Under the pieces are notes generated by a model that was not told where the DNA came from, searched no databases, and saw nothing but the letters and a program-made list of their open reading frames with translations. A DNA stretch of 64,000 nt from Bugula neritina (lineage: Eukaryota > Animalia > Bryozoa), in contig OZ037765.1 in NCBI GenBank assembly GCA_964035545.1, forward strand, positions 6,830,698 through 6,894,697, in the 5' to 3' direction. Made by a program: the position numbers and the translations under genes. Every line of letters begins with the position of its first letter. Within the stretch, counting starts at the first letter, position 1. Of the stretch, positions 39,323-53,212 are shown one piece after another.

Positions 39323-39761
39323 ATACTAATAGTAATACTAATAGTAAAACTAAAACTAAAAGTAAAACTAACTGTAATACTAATAGTAATAGTAATACTA
39401 ATACTAATAGTAATACTAATACTATTACTTACTAATACTAATAGTAATACTAATAGTAATAGTAATAGTAATGACCATAAGATTAAGTAGTAAGTAATAT
39501 GAATATTACTAACACTAACAGTATTACTAATACTAATACTATTAGTAATAGTATTACTAATACTAATAGTATTAGTATTAGTAATACTGTTAGTAATATT
39601 CATATTACTTACTACTTAATCTTATGGTCATTACTATTACTATTACTATTACTATTAGTATTAGTAAGTAATAGTATTACTATTAGTATTACTATTACTA
39701 TTAGTATTACAGTTAGTTTTACTTTTAGTTTTAGTTTTACTATTAGTATTACTATTAGTAT
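39323..39761. repeat. Near-perfect ~440-bp palindrome inside an (ANT)n tract upstream of the MTAP CDS
   Basis: Unique-sequence arms GACCATAAGATTAAGTAGTAAGTAATATGAATATTAC and GTAATATTCATATTACTTACTACTTAATCTTATGGTC. The + and - ORFs over it translate almost identically. Confidence 0.93.
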
Positions 39762-40398
39762 TACTAATAGTAATACTAATAGTATTACTGTAATAGTTAC
39801 AGTAATACTAATACTAGCAATACTTATACTGATTCTAATAATACTAGTAGTAGTGGTACTAAGTCGAATGCTTAATACTTAATAGTAGGTCTAATAGTGA
39901 TTCGATAATTGTCATAATTATATTAATTAATATTATTTTATTATTATTAAATATTAGTAATAATAATAAAGTGGACATACCACAGGCACTTGGTCATGGT
40001 GATTGTCATAATGATAATCTTATACTTATACTTATAGTTATAGTTATATCCATATTGCGGGTCCCAAGTCTCCTAACTGAGTGACCCCTAAGGCTAAGGG
40101 TAATGATACTTTGATGGTTTACTATATTATAGTGATCATTATCATATACTTATATTTATAATGCAGTCATTAGCTCACTAGCTGTAACTGTAAATGTAGG
40201 CTAATTTTATATCAATATCAATATGCTAATGCTTAGCGGATTTATACCACATTTGCTTTTGGCTCGTTTATTGTGTTTCAGTTTACAGTTTATGTCTGGT
40301 AGTTGTATATTCAATTAAATATTCTCAGGTGATTAATTTATATCCTCACTAACTTTAACGAAATTACTTTGAATTGTAGGTAACGGATATTAGCAGGC

Positions 40399-43300
40399 AT
40401 GGAAGCACTTAAACTAAAGGTTTGTGATAGTTTTAGAATTGTAAAAATCAGTTGTTTCAGTTCCTGTTTTGTACATTTGTTTGTTAAAATACATATTGAT
40501 ATGATAATTTATGTTCAGGTTGGAATAATGGGTGGTACTGGACTAGATGATCCTCAGATTCTCAATAACCGAGTTGAAAAGTCTGTTGACACGCCATTTG
40601 GCAAACCATCTGATGTTTTAATAGTTGGCACTATTGGAGATGTTGACTGTGTGCTGCTTGCCAGGTTTGGACTTGATATAAATTATGAAGATATGTGCGC
40701 GTGAGAGTGAGTGAGAGATTGAGTGTGAGAGATGTGAGACAGTGAGTGTGTAAGAGAGTAAGCATAAGAGAGAGGGAGGTAGTGAGAGAGAGAGAAGGTG
40801 AGTGAGTTAGTGCATTAGTGTATATGCCAGCACTACAGTGATTTAAATTCTCTACTTTAAATTAGTTTTGAAGAAGCTCTAAAATTCATTTTTTGTTTTG
40901 ATGCAAAAACCCCAACCCCCCCCCCCCCCATAATCATCTTCTGCTAAGTATTGACTCAGAAGGAAGGTATTTGTTTTTTAAATACGGAACTCAATTTGAG
41001 TAGCTATTAGAAACGTTAGCTCTGTTTGTTAGTCTCTACAAATAGGAGGAAATATTCATTAAATTCACTATTATTGCTAGTATTTTATAGTATTAGAAAA
41101 ATAAAAGTTTTTAGTTCTAATATTTAGCATTTTTGTCAATATGTTTCTACAATATTTTCTAGATTTTATAAGAGGAAGGAAAATGCTATTAATGAAGTTC
41201 AACACCCACTTGCTATGTTGACTTTAATATGTAGATTTTAGTAGGGGATGGTGCATAAATTGAAAAATGGTAATTTCTCTGATCACATTTGTTACCCATG
41301 CATTCAGCAATAGAAACAAAGCATTATTTTTTAAAGGTTATATCTGCTGTAATTTGAATAAGTAAATCAAGTTTTTTTAGAGTTTCTACTCTTGTATATG
41401 TAAGACAGTTTTACTGCGGTACTTCTATGCTGTCTAAAACTATTTGGAGGTTTCAAGTTACTTTCTGTGTTCCTAATTAGAAGGAAATAGTATCGTGTGT
41501 CTATTCACTGATGTCTCTTAAACTGCTGCTTCATGATAAATCCTGGAACTTGGTATGATGCTTTTTAGAACTCTTATTTTCATGATACTATTATTTGATG
41601 ATAGGCACGGCAGAAAGCATGACAAGTACCCAACTAACGTCAACTACCGGGCTAATCTGTATGCCCTGAAGCAGGAGGGCTGTACCCATGTGCTGGTGAC
41701 CACTGCATGTGGCTCCTTGGCTATTGATGTCCAGCCAGGAGACATAGTAGTTCTGGATTCCTTTGTTGATAGGTATCCGTAGTAACCATAGATTTCTTCT
41801 AAATAAAAAATATAATAATGTAAATTTCTGCATGTGCTTTTTCTCTGTCAGTTGATGCATTCATGTTCATGTATTTGATAATGAACTTTTCGGTGATTGC
41901 TTAGTGTATTTAAAGGGAAAATCAACTTATACAAATATCTATACACAATGTCACAAGTTTAGTCCGGGCTCTCTCTCATAATTTATTAACTATGCATTGT
42001 TGGTCAGTTCATGAAATAATGCAGTTCTAGGTCGCAGGCTAGAAACTAAAGTATTTGAACATCTCAACTACTTCTGCTGACACACAGAAAATAGCTTTTG
42101 CTGTTCTTATCTCTCTCAACAGTGATCATGTTGGTGAAGGGTGTTCTAGTTTTGTGACGAACCAAATCAATCAATCAGTCATGTAGATTATGGATTATTA
42201 CGCTGAATGCTGGCAACAAAAAGTATCTGAACAACGAATGAAACTTTTACATTATCAAAATATATTTTATTTTAGAACAACGAAACGAATCCCAACTTTT
42301 TATGATGGCACTTGTGATGAGTTCCAAGGTGTTTGTCACATTCCAATGCACCCATCATTTTGCGAAGCAACAAGAAAGGTAGCTAATTTCACCTTTGGTT
42401 TTGAATGAACCAATACTAGTTAACCAGTAAGCTTTCTGCAGCTGATTTCTTATTTAGCTAGATCCAACTTTTTGCTCAATACCTAGGATAAAACACTTGT
42501 CTTACAATTTAATATCTTTATAATCTCAGGCCACATACTGATTGCCGCTACAAAGCTCATCGTAAAGCATGGGAAATGTTCATTAGGCGTTGAGGTAAAG
42601 CATTTGGACTATGTAGAAGAGTTGTTTTCTCTGCTGATATATTTTATCAAGTCCGTTAATTATTTCCTGCTCAGGGTTTTTAAGGTCACCCAATAACTTG
42701 AAAAAATTATATTATATAACTTACTGTCAGCAACTGCTTTGAGTTTAGGTTCTAATAGAAGTGTGTGAAGATCTGAAGATTGGGCATCACAAGACTGGTA
42801 CCATGGTCACCATAGAGGGACCAAGGTTTTCCTCTCTAGCGGAGAGCAAGATGTTCCAGCAGTGGGGAGGTACCACTGTCAACATGACTACGTGCCCGGA
42901 GGTTTGTTCATGTTGCAAAATACTCGGTCTAAAGTACATTTCCTTCTAACGATGGCCTATGCTCCATCAGTACAGCTTTTTACATTCTATCAATGACCAT
43001 TGTTTAGTTATTTCTGTAGTGCAGTGTAAATTTAGATTGCAATGACTATGTTAAATGGTTGATGAAATACTTTTAATGGTCTTGCTCATAGATTGTAGTC
43101 TGCTTTCAAATACTATTTAGATGTACTCCAAAAAAAATTCATTAAGATTAAGTCGACTATCAAGATTGTATTTCAATATAATTTTGTTTTTGAATTTATA
43201 TTTCAATTATGTCAAGATTGCGTCATCTTGCTGCCTTCTGTTCTCACCATCTTGATTAGTTAGGAAAATATACATAAAGTAATATGACCACTTTAGTTGC

Positions 43301-43698
43301 ACTATATAAGTTTCTTAATGAGTCAGTATCTGCAGGCGTACATCTATCATACTATTGTGTTAGGTAGCTTTGGCTAAAGAGCTAGGACTATGCTATGCCT
43401 CTATAGCCCTAGTCACCGACTACGACTGCTGGAATGAGGCTCACGGCGTGGTCTCCGTCGAACTAGTCATGAAGACTTTTAAAGAGAATGCTAAAAAGGC
43501 AATCAGTATCTTGTCAGCAGCCATTGAAAAGTTGTCAAAGTCCAATTGGCAAGAGAACGCCAAAGCTGCCCAGGTATTCCAAGTATTTCATGTTTATTTC
43601 AAATGTTTATGTTGCCTGCATTTGTTGCCATTATATATTGCAATACATCTGCAATTCTTTTACTGCAGGAGATGGCCAAAAACTCAGTGATGCTTTAA
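40399..43698 (+). CDS. MTAP: S-methyl-5'-thioadenosine phosphorylase, ~276 aa
   Basis: Exons 40399-40419, 40519-40664, 41605-41772, 42276-42378, 42749-42901, 43364-43573, 43669-43698 (831 nt). [53 protein letters not shown]. Confidence 0.97.
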
Positions 43699-43943
43699 TC
43701 CAGTGGACTTCGGAAATATTTTTACATTATATCTTTATATTTTTCATTTAATTTTTTGTGGAAATCAGTCAACAAAAGCAATAAAATAGTTATACAATAT
43801 AGACACAAAAGTAATTTGTAGATTTGTTACATCTGTAAATAGAAGTTTGAAAGTATTCTTAAAACTAAATAAATATCAAAATGAATATTAAAAGAGGCTC
43901 CACAGACTACGTTCACAAGCTGGATATTTTTTCCCAGTAGTGC

Positions 43944-46900
43944 TCAAACCTGATAGGCTCGAATTATAGTGCCCGAAGTAGCATATATTCCATCAACTAC
44001 ATTACCAGGCTTTTTGTAGGTTAAATTGACATCTGCAAAGAAAAGCAAAATTTAATTAAAAACATTAAAGTTGTTTTTCAAATACAAATAAATAAGAAAT
44101 ATGACTGCTTTAAAGTCCTAAGTGCTACGAAATCACTAAATGTGCAACTTCTGCTGTGCTAACTAAAAGGATGGACTCAGTGGAGTTAATTATTTACTTG
44201 GAGATAAAAATTTGGTGGGTTGAATCTACCATCAATTTTAAATGCCCATACTTAGTAAAAATGTTGAAAATCTGTAAATAAAATCAACACTAGTAATTAC
44301 TTACCAAAAGCTTTTTTATTAGGACTGACACTGCAGTGATCAGATTTCTTCAATGTATCTTGGTTGTAATCATATTGAGATGATGAGTCAGCAGTGAATA
44401 TTTCACAGTTGGTATTCCATGGCTGTCTACCATAATCAACTAAGTATTTGGATTGTTTAACTGGAATCAGACGACTTACAGCCAACTTACAATTAATTGA
44501 ATCAGTATAGTTGGGTAGTGATGGTTGCCCAGTTACAGCGCACAGATCTCTGGTGTCAAAAGAAGCAAACTGTGACATGCTTGAGTCTGACTCAGAGTTT
44601 ACTACTATCCCCTCGTCTTCAGAACAGATTGTATTGTGGAACATATTTCTTGCATCACGACTAACTTTAGGTTTACTTGTACCAACTGGGTGGTGGTTAG
44701 GCGGATACTTGTGAGATGACGTTACATACGGGACTGCATGGCGAGTGGATGAAGAGTAGAAGTCCAGTTCGGAAGTGTTGCTACCACTATTATAAGGGTC
44801 AGAGTGTTGGGTTGTCAAATACTTTGTGGTTCTAGTTAGTGTTTCGTGAGCAGATTTTTCTGCTTGACCTTTGGAACTTCTTGGTGAATGCACCAGCTTT
44901 TCAGGGAGCTGAGGTGCAATATCGCTGCCATCTCTAACTGCTATTACAGATATTTTTATATTTTTAGCTTGGTCAGGCGATTGTGTGCTGCTTCGAGAAC
45001 TTTTACGCCTTGGAAGACTCTGTGAATATCTAAAATATAGAAATTATAATTCTTACAGAAATTCTTGTCATATTAGAAGTTATAACTACTAATTATTAAA
45101 AACTAATAGGTAAAGTAAGTAACACAAGCATATATTATACATGAAGAATAACCAATGATACCTCATATTTTTCTCATCGTTAACGTCTGGCACCCTACCA
45201 CTTCTGGTTAGGGAGGGACAATATTCAATTACTGCCCCACGCGATGAAGATGAAACTTGTGATTTCTGACTAACAATGGCACTGCTGAGCTCATCGTCCA
45301 TACTTGACTGACATTCGGACAAATCGGAAAACCTCGAATCATGCCAAACGGTAGCTGGCTGTCGTCTGAAAGAAACGTAATTTTAGACTGATTTGTGAAA
45401 CATTTTGTGCTTTGAATACCAGGAAGCAGCCATGGTCTAGGGGGTTAGAGCATTCGGTTTAGTAAACACAAGCCATGGGTTTGAACCCCAGTAAAGGCCA
45501 TTGGTGATGTTAGGAAGAGCATCCAGTCATAATTGCTCCTGTGCCACATATGAATAAGTTCTTAGGCCGATCTTTAAAAAACCATTCTATCAGGGGCTTC
45601 TCACCGGGATGGCAACTATAAACTTGCATGAGAGTGTGCTTTGAATTTACCATTCAACACTAAGATGTAATGAATTTTTTAATTTGATGGATTGTCTTGT
45701 TCCATTTCTTTTCTATTTTTTGTAAATAAAGAAACCATTATTTTGTAATCCATCAATATACCTTCCTGTCAAGTCAAATTCAAACTCTAAGGGTTTAGAA
45801 TGCCTCGACTTCTTCTTCACGTTGTTACAGATTTTTGTCAGGAAAGCTTTCACATCTTGTGTTTTCTTGCTCTATAAACAAGTATATAACAAATTGAAGT
45901 GCCAAGTGTGTTAGGGCTATACTGATGTAACTATAAGCTTGAAAACCTGATTCTTTATCACAAAAACAGTATGAATTAAAACAAAGTTTCATAAACAACT
46001 TTTCGTCAAATATCAGTATTATTTACATTTATATACCAAAAGTTTAAAATTATGTTTTCAACATATAATAATAAATTGGCAATAAATAGGACAGCCAAGC
46101 AGTCTTACTGGTAAACAATATTCTTCGATAGCATGTGATTTATCATGTCTGCCATATGCAGGGATCCTGGTGAAGCACTGGAAACACAAGTCCACACCAA
46201 AACATTGCAAACAACGGTACCTCAGGCCAATGACAGGGCAGTTTTTACATCTGTAACACTTGATGGACGTATGCCTTACTGCAATAAATTAAATAAAATA
46301 ATTTAAAAACAAAATGTATCGAATTGCTCTGTACATATACTAAATATAGCATACTAAACATATAAAATAACATTCCAACTACTTGAAAAAATATAGGAAG
46401 TAAATAGATATAATTTTCTTCAAATTTTGACAGTGCAAAATTTTACATGTCATTATTCGACCATAATTTTCCCACATTTGGCTTATTTAATATCACCAGC
46501 TCACTCAACCATAGCTAAAAGAGTTCTCAAGTGATAATAATTATAAATAGCTGCAAGTCTAGGGGTAGTTGTATAGCAATCTTTGAATCCGGCAAGTTAC
46601 AAGCACCTGATACAGCTGCATGAATCCTGTGAAGTGTCGACAGCCAGACTATAAATTTTGGTTCAGAAAGCAGCCACTTGAGAAACATTTCCTTGGTCAT
46701 AGTGGTACCATTGCCCTGAGAGATAAAAGTTCATAAATCACGAATGTATAATAACCTTTTCCTTATATAAATTTATACCAGCATTTCTTGAGTGAACAAT
46801 GATTACAAAATTTAAATTGTCACTATCTTTGGCAGTTCAAGCTTGTGGAAAACATGATAAAACTTCAGGCGTAGATTTTATTTTAAATTTGAACAAACAT

Positions 46901-49900
46901 TTTACACATAGCTTGCAACATTTTTTACTCATTTTCATCATAATATATTGCTAGGGTGCTTCTTTTATATAAATGCATACCGGTATTTATTCAGTCAACA
47001 TGGGGAGACAATTCAAACGTTTTTGGCAGTTCAAGCTTATGGAAAATATGATAGAACTTGGGTTAAAAACCTTTTTAAAATTTAAACAAATATTTTACAC
47101 CCAGTCTGCGATATTATTTTACTTATTTTTCACCACAAATTGCTCAAGTGTTGCAAACTTATACAGCATAATGCAACAAAAGTATAGTAGGGAAGACAAT
47201 TCTTAAGACTTTTACCTCATAGGCACTCTTGTAGGCCTTGTCCTCGTTGAGCCGTGTTAGTATTGTAAAGACAATCTTCTTCAAATGGCTGATATCCTGA
47301 GCTCCCACCAAATCATGTTGATTCAGACATTGGAACAGAACTGTTGAAATACAATTCAACAAATAATGTAAACAAACTTACTACATTCACTCAATTTGAC
47401 TGTTTTGAGTTGTTTGCAAACCTTTGAAGGAAGTCAATATTTGCAATATTTATTTAAATATCTACATAATTTTGGTATTTTTGGTATTTACACATGACTT
47501 GTTAGTAATCCAAATGCAAATAAGAAATAATTAGTAGCTTTAGTTTTAGTTATTTTAAATTATGTCTGTTTATAACTAATAAAATATCCAATACCCTGAT
47601 TTTGACATGACTAATAATATGCTCCATTTCAGTATTAAGTATTGAAATGTTCAACAGCTAACAGGCCAATGACAATGGCCATAAATGGCCGATAGGCATG
47701 CAGATAAACTGCCCCTTTCAACATAAAACCATAATTTATGAATTCAAAACAACCAATAGCTGAGCAGAAGATTTTTTCTAATCATTTCACAATTACACCT
47801 ATAAAGATCTATATCTCATCACACTGAGTAAGCTTCTAGTTTTACACCACTGTGATCATCTTATTGTCTGTAACTACCTATTTATTATCTATCAATGATT
47901 TGTGTCACTCTAACTTTTATCAAAAACAAAGTGAAGAACATAAATTAAACTTAAGGAAATGCTTCAAACAAGGTTTCTAGAGTAACACAAGTCAATGTTG
48001 TAAAGTTGGATATTTTCCAATATTGTAGAAAAGTTTCATGATATAACAAGACTGTTTTTGAACAGAAGAATATAAGAAAGAAAATTGAAATACTTACAAG
48101 CATACTTATTGACGAGTTTATCTGAGCTGAGAGTGATAAGCAAGACTAAAACACTCAGCACATTTACCGTGCCTTTCTTTTTTCTACAAACAAAATGTAC
48201 ACTTTATATATGAGAAGACAATTTTATATATCACACTGAAAACATAATAAAACTTAAATGGTGAAAACACTCGTGATAAAATATAGATTCATCATGAGAT
48301 GACAGTCACAACTTTTTTTGGCATAAATAGTTTTCAAAGTTATGATTTTTACACGCCAGAAAAAATTACTAAAATTAAACTCTATAGGCTGTAAATCAGA
48401 GCTATGAGTGACATGTGAAATGTACCTACTAGATGCATGTAGAATACAACCCCATCTAGACATGACATTAGGGAAAAACAGTTGCTTCTCACCCAAATGT
48501 GAAACACTATTATAGGAAGTAGTTAACAAGAGCTGCCTGTTTATAAACAATACTGCAGCTATTTTATAGATAATCCAGCAGCAGTTTGGAGAGTCTAAAT
48601 TAGGAACAGATTTGTATTCACTTTCACATAATAGACAAGTGGTGAGATATTAAATTATATCTCATAAAGTATAAGTAAACACTGCGCAATAATAATTATA
48701 GTGAAGCTGTAAACTGCTGCTTCACCAGCTACCCAGGAACTCATTAGCTTCGCAACAGGAGGCATTCAGTTGGTTTGTGAGGCTCATTTATTCTTAGATA
48801 ATAACTCTGTGAAGCAGATCTTGACTAGTGCTAACAAATCTGCTCCCACTGAGCCAGAGTGAGTCACTAACCATTGATGATTATCTTTTCTAATTTATAT
48901 TGCTTGTGGCAGCAGTGCAGAAACTGGCCAAGCTGCCACTACCAATAAAAGAAAGTGGTTGATGCCTGATGGCTATTGCAGCAGTTCATAATTTCTAACT
49001 GACAGTGGAATGAGTGATCAATCATAGCACTGTTTTGAAGATATCATTTAATGTGACCTTTTATTCTGTCAAGTGGTAGGTGCAGCAGCTGTTATATAAT
49101 TTCAATAGCAGCTCTAGCACTAATTAATAGATTCTTTTCACAAGTGGTTCTACTTAAACCATCCGTACTGAATATTTCGCGAAAATTGGCAACAAAATTC
49201 TTTGACGTAATATGACAAAACTGGAAACCTATTCGAAATTTTGGTAACTTAATATGGCAAGTCATGCTATGAGGGTAGGAGGTGTTTAGCAGTGTGCCAA
49301 GAGCCTTCTTGCCATTTCCTAAAATGTGACTGAAAGCATCAGCTGAAGATCAGAAGTTGATATGTGTTTCACATCAACTTAGTAACTAACTTTAGATGAG
49401 CCAAATTAGCCCACATTCCATATACAGTCTAGGATGTTGTTTCAAGGGTGGGAACTTATCTTACCCATCAAAGAAGTAGAGAAGGCAACTTGACACTGCA
49501 CCAGTCCACACAGAGTGATGGAGAGGTGTATCGCAGTGAAGATATAGTCGACTGACTACACTTTCCAGTTGTGACAGCGTTAAGTACTCACTCACTCTGA
49601 TGCCGTGCAAAGGGATGGTCTCACTAAACGCATTGGATATCTTGTCCACATCCAGTGATTGTACTAGAAAAATAAGTACAACAATGAAGAGAAAAGCACT
49701 TGATTCAACAGCTAAAAGCTGCAAACACCACCTTAGTTCAACTATTTCTTTTTTGGAAAAAAAATATTGGAAATAAGCAGTGACTACTAAGATATCTATT
49801 AATAGTAGCCTACTGCTCAGCTGTGTGTAGCTGTAAAATTAATGGCATTGAGAAAAATATTCCATTAAAACTGTTTTTATGGATGAGATGGATGACCGAA

Positions 49901-52900
49901 CTTCAACTTAATGGGAATATTTGAACTTTTGTAATCCCAAGGCCAGACCATAATATTTTTTACATGTTTTCAGTCATCATAGCATAAACTTTACTCAAAG
50001 AAGGACTAGATTCAGCTGGCAGCAATTTATGGCAGCCCAAGCAGCATTGACCTAAATTTTCAGAGTCAGGCAGCCAGCAAACATTGCAATATAGCTTCCA
50101 GAATGAAATGTTTTTTGAATTTAATAAGATTATTGCCATTCAATCAATGTTTTTTCAATTACATAAATCATATATATTATATATTCATCCCAACTCACAA
50201 TGATGGTTATTCCTGATGTGCAGTAACTTCAAAGCTGTCCTATAAGCAGCATATATCACATCGTTGTAGTCAGCTAAAACAGAACCAATCAATGGTAAAT
50301 CGTTTAATGATTTAATAACTTTTCAAGGCATTGCCGCAATCAGTACTAATCCTGTAAAATATTTCCTTTGAATCACAAGTCACAATAACTCTTAGCTACA
50401 TGTCCAACTATTATATATTTATTTATGTCAACTTCAAGAGGGTATTAAATGTCAATACTTTACTGCCACTATAGTGCCTTAACACTGGTACACTACACTT
50501 GCCTATATAATAGCAAATTTGTGTCTGAAACATTTCAACTACTATACTTTTTTATTATATTATTAATGTTGGCCCAGTTTAAGAAAAAATTAATTCTAAT
50601 AATACATTGAAAATTCTTGCATTTTTCACATCATCATAGCTGTAAGTGTCTTTACTCTATTTTTAGTTTAAAAATACAAAAGTTCAATTGGAGACTTGGA
50701 TAACATTGAACTACAGTATCACATGTAAGGTTTCAGTACTCCAAAGGGTAATATATACAGCCAATTCTTGCTAACTTGAAGCATCATCACAAAAAATACA
50801 AAATCGTTTTTTGTTATCACATAATTATATTGCATGCCATCACTTCACAACATAAGAGCAGAATATGTAGTTCCACCCAGAGTATGTTCCCCTGTCACTC
50901 TGCCACATTCATACTACAACTTCTCAATACAAGGATTAACATTCTCTGACACAGGGTTTACAGCCTACAGTCTTTCTAGCATGAAAATTCAACTCATCAA
51001 ATATGCAGGGAAAAAGTTGCAGCTGTCATCAATGCAAATACACTGCAACCTGCTTCAACACACCCAGATCTAAATTTATTACAATTATTAGCCAACTGTT
51101 GAAGGATCCAGACAAGCATTTCGATTGTGTGCTTAAAACAATTATGTCTTGTATGTAAACACACGACACTTTGTTAGTGAGAGAGCAGCTGCTTATAAAC
51201 AGTGAAGGTTAAGATGTCAGCAGAACCTATAGCCTACCTGCCTCAGTCAGTACTTGGGCAAAGTAAGGGTGCTCCCATTGGGACCTCATAGTCCTAAAGC
51301 TAAAAAAATAGAATCCCAGCTATATATCATCCATCACCACCAGTCAACATAATATTTAGTGATTTGGTAACGTAGTGTGGTGTCAAGAGAGAATACCTCT
51401 GTAAACCATGTAGAATGCTTGTAAATCATCATTTGCATAGACATGTCATAACATGCTAGACGCTACCAAAAACCAAAAGATTTGTGTGAAATGGCAGTCA
51501 CACTTTATGCTTGCTTACTTCTAAGTGTAATTGGTAGCTATGGTGAATAATTAAGCCCTTTGTAGCAGTCAGTGAGAGTCACTAACACCCCCAGTATTTG
51601 TGTAATGGAGGGTGTAACCATCAGACCAGAATCTTACAGTAATCCAAACACAGTGCTCCCTCCATATCTCACTAATAGAATACCAGATTTAACTCACTGA
51701 TCCGACGAATTCCGGTCATTTTGTCCCTATACACACATACATAAGCCACAAAAGGAGGTCCAAGCCTTTCTCATGACCTATGGAATTTCATGAGAAATGG
51801 ATCTGTGAGATATAGAGGGAGCACTGTGTTGTCAAGATTAGCATATGTGTTATGTCACAGCTTCACTCAAATCTTCATCATTAGTTGTTATAATAATTTT
51901 CGTAAATATATTACTTTTGTGGTCTTAGGGTACCCCATGTTTAGATATCACAATCTTTTATCATTGCACTTTCAGTCATCCTGTAGCATAGACAGATCTG
52001 AGACGGATTACAGCAGACATTTCTAGTTGACCAACAGAAAGATAAGATAGAGCTGTCATTAAATCTGACACCAAGTTTATTCTGACAGTCAGGAAAATGA
52101 ATGTAATGTTATGTTAATTTAGCATCAGCTTAGAAACATTCACCACAAGCAGTGTTCGTTATATAATATATTTACATTGTAATTAAAATGTAATGACATT
52201 TTGGAATATATTGGCAGAAGTAGGGCATTGCATATCTGTCTTCATTAAAACAGACTTGAGATAAAATGTAGCCACCTACTCCCCTTTCCCCCTAAGAAGA
52301 TTGTAGTAACATGACTTGTGCATAACAGCTGCACTGTAACACATATTTTATAGTATTGAAATGTTCAATTAACAAAGATACTAATCTAAACACTAATCCT
52401 TGCAACTGAATTTCATAATTATTGACATCTCCTAGGATCAACATTTTACAATTCGTCATAACTACAGAATTTGTTGGTAAGATGTTTACTTCAAAATCTG
52501 TAAATATTCATATATTAATGCTGTATTTATATTTGAGCCTAGACCTTAAAGTTTAAACAGAGACTGATCTTTTCTACCTAAGTTGGCCATGTATTGTATA
52601 ATTGAAACGCTACCATTATAACTCTTCCAACACACCAGATCATTTTTGCAAAATCAAATAATGCATTTGCTTTCATTATAGTGAAAGGCACTGTGATTGG
52701 TTATGGTTGTTCATAGCTTCACGGAGGTTTATGTTTATGGAAAGACAGTGTCTGATAGTTGTTCTTATGATTTGTAAATGAAAATAACTGTAAAATTTTG
52801 TTGGAAAAATCTGAAAAAAAATGCTGGACAGCTCAAGATTAAAACATGTGAAACACTAAGGCAGTCCTTCCTATCTTGCTAGTTACTGCATTTCACAGTA

Positions 52901-53212
52901 ATGATGGAAATTATGCTAACCAGGCATTGAAACATTATACTGTCACACACCACCAAAACTGTACAAGATGTACGGCATGCTTGGCAAGTGGTGGCTTGTC
53001 TGTCCAGTAGATGAGTCTGTTTTAATAGCAGAACCGACTCTTTATTCTAGACTTGATTTATTCAATGGTTACAAGTTTCACATAGAACTAAGGCTATACT
53101 ATTCACATAGAAATGTTATTTCAAGTTTTAACACAATTCATGTGATAGTCAAGTCTTACTTCAAGTAGTAAGGACAACCACTTCTGGAATAGCATTTTTC
53201 CCACTTGTTCAT
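43944..53212 (-). CDS. Short dystrophin-family protein (WW + EF-hands + ZZ + Ser-rich tail), dystrotelin/DAH-like, ~668 aa
   Basis: Exons 53212-53160, 51299-51238, 50273-50199, 49663-49465, 48183-48098, 47340-47216, 46715-46607, 46278-46109, 45871-45762, 45365-45162, 45029-44305, 44032-43944 (2007 nt). WW WEKCYSRSGCPYYLNFRTMRSQWEHP, YNDVIYAAYRTALKL, EPKFIVWLSTLHR, ZZ CYRCKNCPVIGLRYRCLQC..DLCFQCF..HDKSHAIEEYC. A probable 5'UTR exon donor lies near 55418. Confidence 0.88.
45418..45634 (+). mobile_element. tRNA-Thr(AGT)-derived SINE, copy 2, with 12-bp TSD
   Basis: Same head and body as copy 1. Direct repeat TGTGCTTTGAAT at 45406-45417 and 45635-45646. Confidence 0.88.
51651..51826. mobile_element. 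Tc1/mariner-pogo-type MITE, copy 2 (internally shorter)
   Basis: TIR CAGTGCTCCCTCCATATCTCAC ... GTGAGATATAGAGGGAGCACTG. Shares TAGAATACCAGATTTAACTCAC and CATACATAAG with copy 1. Confidence 0.85.

Noticed and set aside
41910-41935. Kolobok/T2-like TTAAAGG termini (also ~61400-61413)
   Set aside because: No matching partner terminus found, so no element can be delimited.
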